A stretch of DNA of 64,000 nt from Candidatus Fervidifonticultor sextus (GTDB lineage Bacteria > Sysuimicrobiota > Sysuimicrobiia > Sysuimicrobiales > Humicultoraceae): the NCBI GenBank assembly GCA_031459875.1, contig JAVKHQ010000006.1, positions 36,312 to 100,311 of the forward strand, read 5' to 3'. The stretch's first letter is position 1, and every line of letters starts with the position of its first letter. Below, one piece after another: positions 57,735 to 64,000 of this stretch. The notes under the pieces are model-generated. The model saw nothing but the letters and a program-made list of their open reading frames with translations, was not told the DNA's origin and ran no database searches. Made by a program: the position numbers and the translations under genes.

Positions 57735-58940
57735 TCATGCATGGGCGACCAACCGGGCGAGCTTGGCTTCGTCAATCTCGATCCCCAGCCCCGGGCCCTG
57801 GGGGACATCAAGGTAGCCCTGCGACGGCACGAGCGGGGTCTTCACGATGTCGACGATCGGGTTGTAGCCCGACCAGAACTCGTAGATCAGAAAATTGGGG
57901 ATCGCGGCGCAGAGCTGGAGGCTGGCAGCATGGTGCACTGCGGAACAGACGCTGTTGTGGGGGCAGAGCCTGACATTGCAGATGTCGGCGAGCATGGCGA
58001 TCTTGCGGCACTCCGTGAGGCCGCCAGCCCGGCAGATGTCCGGGAGCACCACGTCGACGCCGCCCTGGACCAGACGGCGGTGGAACTGGTAGCGGGTGGC
58101 CTCGGTCTCCCCCATGGCGACGGCGACGTCGAGGACCCGGCACAGCTCCGCATAGCCTGCGTAATCCTCCGGCGGAAGCGGATCCTCGAAGAAGAGTACG
58201 TCGTTGCGCTCCAGCGCGCGCCCAATCTTCACCGCGCTGGGCAGGTCGTAGACGCCGGCCGCGTCCAGCATGAGCGCGATGTCCGGCCCCACGCCTTCGC
58301 GAATGCGCTCGACATTGCGGATGTCCACTTCGGGGCCCGCCCCGCCGGAGATCTTGATCCCGCGAAACCCCTCCTGGACGTGGTGCCTGGCCATGGCCAC
58401 CATCTCGTCGACCTCGAGGACCGGCAGGTGCGACTGGTAGACGCGGACCCGATCGTGATAGTCCCCGCCCATCAACAGGTGGATCGGGAGCCCGGTGACC
58501 TTGCCGGAGATGTCCCACAGCGCGATGTCGATCCCGGCCATGGCCTCGGACATGAAACCCGTATGGTGCCCTCGGATCCGCATGCTGGCATACATTTTCT
58601 CCCAGAGGCGGTCGATGGCCAGGGGGTTCTCACCGATTAACAGCGGGGCCAGCAGGTCTCGGATGATCGTGGCGGTCACAGCCGGCGCGATCGGCGCGTG
58701 GGACTCCCCATACCCGACGATCCCGTCGCTGGTGGTGACACGCACGAGGGTCGTCTCGATGGACGTCGAGTAGGCCGCCCGGTAACGCCATAGGGTCAGG
58801 TCGGCCGACCGCCTGGCATCCAGGACCGGGGTTCCGGACTTCCCGCGGGCCTTCGTGCCCCAGAACCCGTCTCCCCAGTACGCCTCCATCTCCCCGAGCG
58901 GGGCGCGGAGGACCAGCGGTTCGATCTTCTCAATCTTCAC
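57735..58940 (-). CDS. Mandelate racemase/MLE-family enolase 2
   Basis: GYGESH, AMAGIDIALWDISGK, MLDAA, FFEDP, MGE, CPHN. Confidence 0.93.
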   Translation of the reverse strand: MKIEKIEPLVLRAPLGEMEAYWGDGFWGTKARGKSGTPVLDARRSADLTLWRYRAAYSTSIETTLVRVTTSDGIVGYGESHAPIAPAVTATIIRDLLAPLLIGENPLAIDRLWEKMYASMRIRGHHTGFMSEAMAGIDIALWDISGKVTGLPIHLLMGGDYHDRVRVYQSHLPVLEVDEMVAMARHHVQEGFRGIKISGGAGPEVDIRNVERIREGVGPDIALMLDAAGVYDLPSAVKIGRALERNDVLFFEDPLPPEDYAGYAELCRVLDVAVAMGETEATRYQFHRRLVQGGVDVVLPDICRAGGLTECRKIAMLADICNVRLCPHNSVCSAVHHAASLQLCAAIPNFLIYEFWSGYNPIVDIVKTPLVPSQGYLDVPQGPGLGIEIDEAKLARLVAHA

Positions 58941-59761
58941 TTGACGGCCCCCGCGATCAGCCCGCTGACTAGGTGCTTCTCCAGCAGCAGGAAGATGGCG
59001 ATGATCGGCACCGTGCCGACCAGGGAGGCTGCCATCACCTCGTTCCAGAACGTGATGTACTCACCTCGGAACGATCCCAGGCCCACTGAGATCGTCCACA
59101 CGGAGTTGGTGGTTAAGAAGGTGCGGGCGAACAGATACTCGTCCCATGCCAGGATGGCGCTGTAGAGGGCGGTGGCGGCCACGCCGGGCGCCGACAGCGG
59201 CAAGGTGATCCGCAGGAGTGCCCCCAGGCGGGACGATCCATCGATGTAGGCAGCTTCCTCCAGTTCTCGAGGGATGCTGTCGAAGTAACCCTTGAGCATC
59301 CATGTGGCGAAGGGCATGATGAAGGTCACGTTGGCGATCACGACCGACCACAGTGTGTTGATGAGGCGTAGCTGGCTCATGAAGACGAACAGGGGGATGA
59401 CCAGCAGTGTGGTGGGCAACATCCGGCTGGAGAGCAAAAGATACCCCAGCGCCGCGGAGCCGCCGACCCGGTAGCGGGAGAGGCTGTAGCCCGCGAGCAC
59501 ACTGATGATCAACGAGGACAACCCCGAGAAGATCACCACGATCAGTGAGTTGAGGAGCCAGCGCTCGATAGGACGTTCGCGGAAGATCTTGGCGTAGGCG
59601 GCAAACGTGGCATTGGGGTGGACCAACTTCGGCGGGTAGATGTAGAGCTGGTCCTGGGGGGCGAGCGAGGTGTTGAACATCCAGTACATGGGGAAGAAGA
59701 GCACCCCGACAACGGTCGCCACCGCCGCGTAGAGCAGGATCCGCTCTAGGGAACGCCTCAC
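58937..59761 (-). CDS. Carbohydrate ABC permease
   Basis: IPRELEEAAYIDG, AWDEYLFA, GLIAGAVK. Confidence 0.95.
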   Translation of the reverse strand: MRRSLERILLYAAVATVVGVLFFPMYWMFNTSLAPQDQLYIYPPKLVHPNATFAAYAKIFRERPIERWLLNSLIVVIFSGLSSLIISVLAGYSLSRYRVGGSAALGYLLLSSRMLPTTLLVIPLFVFMSQLRLINTLWSVVIANVTFIMPFATWMLKGYFDSIPRELEEAAYIDGSSRLGALLRITLPLSAPGVAATALYSAILAWDEYLFARTFLTTNSVWTISVGLGSFRGEYITFWNEVMAASLVGTVPIIAIFLLLEKHLVSGLIAGAVK

Positions 59762-59771
59762 GGCTCGTCCC

Positions 59772-60764
59772 TCAATGGAACTCCTTGCCCGCCTGTCGGA
59801 TGAAGAAGACGCTGGCCACCGTCGAGATGAGCAACGTCACCACCCCGATGGAGGCGGCAAAGCCCATGCGGAAGTTGGCGAATGCCTCGCGGTAGGTCAT
59901 GATCGCCAGCGTCTCCGTGGCTCGCACGGGTCCCCCGCCGGTGAGGACCCAGATGATGGTAAACTCGCGGAACACCCACAAGACGGTTAGCAGGGTCGCC
60001 AGCGCCAGGACGCCCCGCAGGGCCGGGAGCGTGATGTGCTGGAACGCGGCCAGCCGACCGGCACCATCCACGGCGCCGGCATCGTAGAGGTCCTGGGGGA
60101 CGGCCTGTAACCCGGCCAGGAGCATGACCACGAAGAACGGGTACCCCTTCCAGATGGTGACCAGGCTGACCGCGGCCAGCGCCGGGGTGGGCGAGGCGAT
60201 CCAGTTGATTGGTTTTGCGATGACGCCGAGTTGCAACAGCACCCAGTTGAGCATCCCGAATGATGGATCCAGGATCCACCACCAGACGTTCACGGCCACC
60301 ACCGGCGGCACCGACCAGGGCAGCACCACCAGCATCCGCGCCAGGGTCCGGCCCCGGAATCGCTGATTCAGCAGAAGCGCCGTGCCGAAGCCGATCAGCA
60401 GCGAGAAGACCACGGCGATCACGACGTAGGCGACGGACACCCGCACCGCCTGCCAGAACCCGGTGGTGTCCAGCAGGCGGGCGTAGTTGGCCAGGGTCCA
60501 GGGGCCGCGGGAGGCCCCGGGGCTGTAAATGTCGACGCGCCGGAAACTGATGTCGATCGCGCTCAGCACCGGGTAGAGGACGACGACGACCATCGTCAGA
60601 ATGGCTGGGGTCAGAAGCAGGTACGCGAAAACCACAGGACTGCGCAGGAAGCGCATCCACGTGCGCGCACCGAGGACCGGTCTCAGCGTCTGCTCGCCTA
60701 TGCTCACCGACGCACTCTGGGCAGAGAGGTGGCGGAGGTCTTTCGACCCCCGGGCCCCGGTCAC
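59772..60764 (-). CDS. Carbohydrate ABC permease
   Basis: WKGYPF..LLAGLQAVP..LYDAGAVDGA, LTGGGP; GTGA overlap with the SBP stop; start uncertain. Confidence 0.93.
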   Translation of the reverse strand: MTGARGSKDLRHLSAQSASVSIGEQTLRPVLGARTWMRFLRSPVVFAYLLLTPAILTMVVVVLYPVLSAIDISFRRVDIYSPGASRGPWTLANYARLLDTTGFWQAVRVSVAYVVIAVVFSLLIGFGTALLLNQRFRGRTLARMLVVLPWSVPPVVAVNVWWWILDPSFGMLNWVLLQLGVIAKPINWIASPTPALAAVSLVTIWKGYPFFVVMLLAGLQAVPQDLYDAGAVDGAGRLAAFQHITLPALRGVLALATLLTVLWVFREFTIIWVLTGGGPVRATETLAIMTYREAFANFRMGFAASIGVVTLLISTVASVFFIRQAGKEFH

Positions 60765-62011
60765 TGCCGCTTCAACGCTTCCAGCTCTCTCTGGAGGTCC
60801 TGGAGCACGCGTTCCACCGGCTCGTTGCGGACGATCATGCGCTGGGCATGCTCGGAGACGAGGCGGATGAACTCGTTCGCTTTGGTCTCGAGCCCGAAGG
60901 GGACCCAGCTCACCGCTCGCCTGGCGGCATCCACGTAGACGTCGAAGAAGGGGAGGTCCTTGCGCATGTCGGCCGGGATGGTGATGTCCTGCCGGGGGGC
61001 CGGCGCACCGACCGCGACGGAGTACCGCACCTGCGCCTCCTTCGTGGTGCCGCTCTTGATGAATTCCCAGACGAGCCGCTTCTCGTCGTCGGAGATCGCC
61101 TTGGGAATGGCCACCACGTTGCTCGGGCCGCCCATGGTCGCCTGGAACGGCAGAGGGGCCGCCCGCAGGTGAGGCTTCACGTCCGGGTTGGCCCGGAGCG
61201 CGAAGCCCTGCATCCACGGGCCGTCATTGTACGAGGCGACCTTCCCCTCCATCAAGAGCTGGCGCAGGCGGCCCGACTCCTGACCGATGGGGGTCGCAGC
61301 CAGCACGACCTCCTTCCACCACCTGAAGCCCTGGGCCACCTGGGGCATGGTCACGGAAGGATTCCCGCGATCATCGGTCCACCGGCCGCCGGCCCCGTAT
61401 ACGAACACCGAGATGTGGGCCACCATGTTGAACCCGGGCAGGGTGACGATGCCAATGCCGTACTGGCCGTTCTTTGCATCGGTCATGGACTTGAGGGCGT
61501 CGATGTATTCCTCGACGTTCCGGGGCACGGATTTGCCGGCGGCCTTTAGGATCTTCTCGTTGTAGACCCACGCGTACCCGTAGTTCAGCATCAGGACGCA
61601 GTAGGTCGTGCCTTTCCAGATGCACTCCTTGGCCTGGAGGGGATGGTAGGTCTTCTTGACGTCGGTCTCCTCGAGGTACCGGTCCAGGGGTTCCAGCCAC
61701 CCGCGGTCGGCGAACGGGAAGAACGTCTGCGCGGGCACGTGGACGATCTGCGGCGGTTGCCCCGCGGCGAACTGGGCGATGAGCTTGTCCGTGTGCTCGG
61801 CCAGGGGGACCTTGGTGAATTCTATCCGGACCCCTGGCCGGGCCCGCTCGAATGCCGCGATCTGCTCCTTCCACCATCCGGACACTCCGGGTTCATCCTG
61901 CTGCCATGAGGGAAACCGGAGCACGATCTCCCTGGGCGCCGCGGCACCCTGTACGCTCAGGGCGCCGATGACCAGGCACAGGACCAACAGACGCGTGAGG
62001 ACGCTCTTCAT
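60761..62011 (-). CDS. Sugar ABC substrate-binding protein (family 1)
   Basis: Signal peptide, FERARPGVRIEF, AGQPPQIV, LEPLD, YNEKIL. Confidence 0.92.
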   Translation of the reverse strand: MKSVLTRLLVLCLVIGALSVQGAAAPREIVLRFPSWQQDEPGVSGWWKEQIAAFERARPGVRIEFTKVPLAEHTDKLIAQFAAGQPPQIVHVPAQTFFPFADRGWLEPLDRYLEETDVKKTYHPLQAKECIWKGTTYCVLMLNYGYAWVYNEKILKAAGKSVPRNVEEYIDALKSMTDAKNGQYGIGIVTLPGFNMVAHISVFVYGAGGRWTDDRGNPSVTMPQVAQGFRWWKEVVLAATPIGQESGRLRQLLMEGKVASYNDGPWMQGFALRANPDVKPHLRAAPLPFQATMGGPSNVVAIPKAISDDEKRLVWEFIKSGTTKEAQVRYSVAVGAPAPRQDITIPADMRKDLPFFDVYVDAARRAVSWVPFGLETKANEFIRLVSEHAQRMIVRNEPVERVLQDLQRELEALKRQ

Positions 62012-62766
62012 GATGAGTTCACCTCGGAAGAAGAGACTCGGACCTCCGTACGTCGGTGCCTTCCCACCCCCTCCTCGATGGGTTTGGTGACTGCCATCGA
62101 CCGCAGGTCCTCCATCAGGGAACGTTTGGACCGCTGGATGTGGGCATTCACCGCAGCAGCCAGCCCGGGGCCGTCCCGGGCCTCCAGCGCCCGCATGATC
62201 GCCTGGTGCTCCTGGCGCTCCTGCCGGCGGCGCTGCCGCCAGTTCTCGCGTCGGGCGTGCACCCGGGCGATCTGGATGTGGACGTTGAGGCTTTCGTAGA
62301 TTTCGAACAGCCTCCGGTTGCCCGCGAGCTGCACGAAGAGGCGGTGAAAAGCCATGTTGCGCCGCATGTGCTCACCGACATCCCCGTCGTCGACTGCGTC
62401 CAGGACCGCCAGCCGGTCGCGGAGTCGTCGTACGCCCTCGTCGGTGATCCGGGCGACCAGCAGCTCCGCCGCCAGGAGTTCGAGTGCGCGCCGTAGCTCG
62501 AAGACTTCGGCGATCTCCTCCGCCGAAATGCCGGCTACGAACGTCCCCTTGCGTGGGATGATCTCCACCAGGCCTTCGCTGGCCAGGGCGTTGAGGGCGT
62601 CCTTCACCGGCGTCCGGCTCACGCCAAGGCGTGCTGCCAGGACGTCGACGTGCAGCCGCTGCCCGGGGGCGAACGCCTGGGACAGGATCTGCTCCTTCAG
62701 GGTGCGGTAGACTGCGTCGGTGAGTCGCTGGACGTTGATGGGGAGGAGGAGTGGAGACGCGTCTAT
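62008..62766 (-). CDS. GntR (FCD) regulator with an apparent non-canonical ATA start
   Basis: wHTH LAARLGVSRTPVKDAL extends upstream of the first GTG (62622) to IDASPLLLPINVQRLTDAVYRTLKEQIL; ATA at 62766 lies 5 nt after GAGGTG. Confidence 0.8.
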   Translation of the reverse strand: MDASPLLLPINVQRLTDAVYRTLKEQILSQAFAPGQRLHVDVLAARLGVSRTPVKDALNALASEGLVEIIPRKGTFVAGISAEEIAEVFELRRALELLAAELLVARITDEGVRRLRDRLAVLDAVDDGDVGEHMRRNMAFHRLFVQLAGNRRLFEIYESLNVHIQIARVHARRENWRQRRRQERQEHQAIMRALEARDGPGLAAAVNAHIQRSKRSLMEDLRSMAVTKPIEEGVGRHRRTEVRVSSSEVNSS

Positions 62767-62780
62767 GGGAACACCTCTGC

Positions 62781-62810
62781 TCCTGAAATGTAAAATCTCA
62801 CACTTCAGGA
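62781..62810. promoter_or_regulatory. Inverted-repeat operator upstream of the GntR gene
   Basis: TCCTGAAATGT-N8-ACACTTCAGGA (10/11 IR) in an AT-rich intergenic patch. Confidence 0.6.
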
Positions 62811-62842
62811 TTCGAGCTGGGGAGTGAAGGTTCCTGCTTCGG

Positions 62843-63781
62843 CTATCCCTTGAGATAGCGCTCGAACCAGGCCAGCGTCCGGCGCCAGGCGTCCTCGGCG
62901 GCGTCTCTCTTGTAGTTTGCCCCCGTGTCGTTGAAGAACGCGTGGGCCGCCCCGGGGTAGGTGACGATCTCGTGCACCACGTTGGCCTGCTGCAGCGCCT
63001 CCCGGATGGCCGGGATGCCGGCGTTGATGCGGGCGTCGAGTTCGCCGTAGATGGCCAGGACCGCCGCTCGGATCTTCGGGACGTCCTCCAGGGGCGGGTT
63101 GGGGCCGTAGAACGGGATCCCTGCGCGCAGTTCGGGATCCTGCGTGACGAAACGCCAGACCATGCCGCCGCCGAAGCACCACCCTATCGTGCCGATGCGG
63201 TCCCGGCGGATGCCCGGGACCTCCTGGAGCCGGCGGCGGGCGTCGAGTAGCATCCCGACGAGTTGATCGGGCGGCGTCTGGCCGAGCTGTGCCGTCACCT
63301 GGGCGAGGTCGGCGAACCGCGCCGTGCCGCCCGCCGGCGCGGCCAGGTCGACGGCCAGCGCGATGTAGCCCTGCTTGGCCAGCCGACGAGCCACGTCCTT
63401 GAAATGTTCCAGCAGGCCGCGGTTCTCGTGGATTACGACCACGCCAGGGTATGGTCCGCCTCCGCGCGGCCGGGCCAGGTAGCCCAGGTTGGGCTCGGGC
63501 CCCCGGCTCCGGGGATACGTGATCATCTCCACCTGAATCGCGGGGTCATCGGGCGGCACCGTCACGCCCGGCTGTGCCGCGGCCGTCAGCGGGGGGCCCG
63601 CCGCCGCTGCCGCGATCTCGCCGGCGGTGGCTGTCACGCCCAGGCTCTGCAGGACGGGCAATGCCAGCGCCGCTCCGCCGGCCATCAGGGCTATGCGGCG
63701 CAGCAACTCGCGGCGCGGCAGCCGTCCTTCCCGGTACTCCTCGGCCCACTCCTCTACGATGTAGCGCTGCAGATCCGTCAT
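62843..63781 (-). CDS. Dienelactone hydrolase family (YghX-like, Tat-like leader)
   Basis: RRELLRR leader, HENRGL, GWCFGG, HAFFNDTG. Confidence 0.92.
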   Translation of the reverse strand: MTDLQRYIVEEWAEEYREGRLPRRELLRRIALMAGGAALALPVLQSLGVTATAGEIAAAAAGPPLTAAAQPGVTVPPDDPAIQVEMITYPRSRGPEPNLGYLARPRGGGPYPGVVVIHENRGLLEHFKDVARRLAKQGYIALAVDLAAPAGGTARFADLAQVTAQLGQTPPDQLVGMLLDARRRLQEVPGIRRDRIGTIGWCFGGGMVWRFVTQDPELRAGIPFYGPNPPLEDVPKIRAAVLAIYGELDARINAGIPAIREALQQANVVHEIVTYPGAAHAFFNDTGANYKRDAAEDAWRRTLAWFERYLKG

Positions 63782-63890
63782 CGCTCCTCCCCCTCACGAG
63801 TTGTTCCGGGTGCGGAGTCCATGGCCTTCACGGTTTCTTTACTTCGGATATGTCATACTATTGCAAACGATCCCGGAGGTGCGATTGTTC

Positions 63891-64000
63891 ATGAAGACCT
63901 CGCGTGCCGGGGTGATGGTCGTGCTGGCCCTGGTCTGCTCCATGCTGGCCGTCGCCGCCCCGGCGGGGCCGGGCCCGGCCCCGCCGGGGCGGCGACGGCC
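63891..64000 (+). CDS. Secreted protein, 5' part only (runs off the window)
   Basis: ATG after GGAGGTG; MKTSRAGVMVVLALVCSMLAVAAPA signal peptide. Confidence 0.6.
   Translation, partial: MKTSRAGVMVVLALVCSMLAVAAPAGPGPAPPGRRR

Noticed and set aside
1..64000. Many long overlapping or antisense ORFs in the six-frame track (e.g. 2879-4384, 7595-9070, 27013-28569, 56781-58640)
   Set aside because: Shadow frames of high-GC genes: Arg/Pro/Gly-rich, no motifs, overlapping well-supported CDSs
1..64000. CRISPR arrays, integrases, transposases, rRNA, prophage genes
   Set aside because: No regularly spaced repeats or recognisable motifs seen by eye

Overview
High-GC bacterial chromosomal window. The lineage cannot be determined from sequence alone; gene order and content are Terrabacteria-like, possibly Armatimonadota-related (inference). 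(1) 1-13.7 kb is core: a GAF-GGDEF diguanylate cyclase, ychF, and rpsF-ssb-rpsR-yybS-rplI-dnaB. rpsF has an S6:S18-type leader. dnaB carries an intein with a degenerate endonuclease, and has DnaA-box-like motifs and an SOS-box-like site upstream. Then come citrate synthase, an alpha/beta hydrolase, an odd truncated sigma-28-like / sensor-less LytS kinase / LytTR module, an SDR and tRNA-Glu. (2) 13.7-34.3 kb is a compositionally distinct accessory block after tRNA-Glu: GntR, a Pot-type ABC importer, an amidohydrolase, two MmgE/PrpD proteins, a flavin opine-dehydrogenase-like B-C-A trio, an NAD(P) opine dehydrogenase, a Dpp-type ABC, an M19 dipeptidase and an aminotransferase, ending in two pseudogenes. 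(3) 34.4-51.8 kb holds DUF1177-MFP-RND, an ArnT-like glycosyltransferase, a family-5 UDG, tRNA-Val followed by a decaying islet of secreted-protein genes, an M29 aminopeptidase, tRNA-Thr, a STAND adenylate cyclase and a ring-cleavage dioxygenase. (4) 51.9-62.8 kb is a minus-strand sugar-acid catabolic operon: GntR with an apparent ATA start, sugar ABC, two mandelate-racemase-type enolases, an amidase with a small partner, a GH105-like hydrolase, a DapA-family aldolase and KdgK, next to a dienelactone hydrolase. No CRISPR array, integrase, transposase or rRNA was seen. All calls come from reading motifs by eye; no database searches were run.
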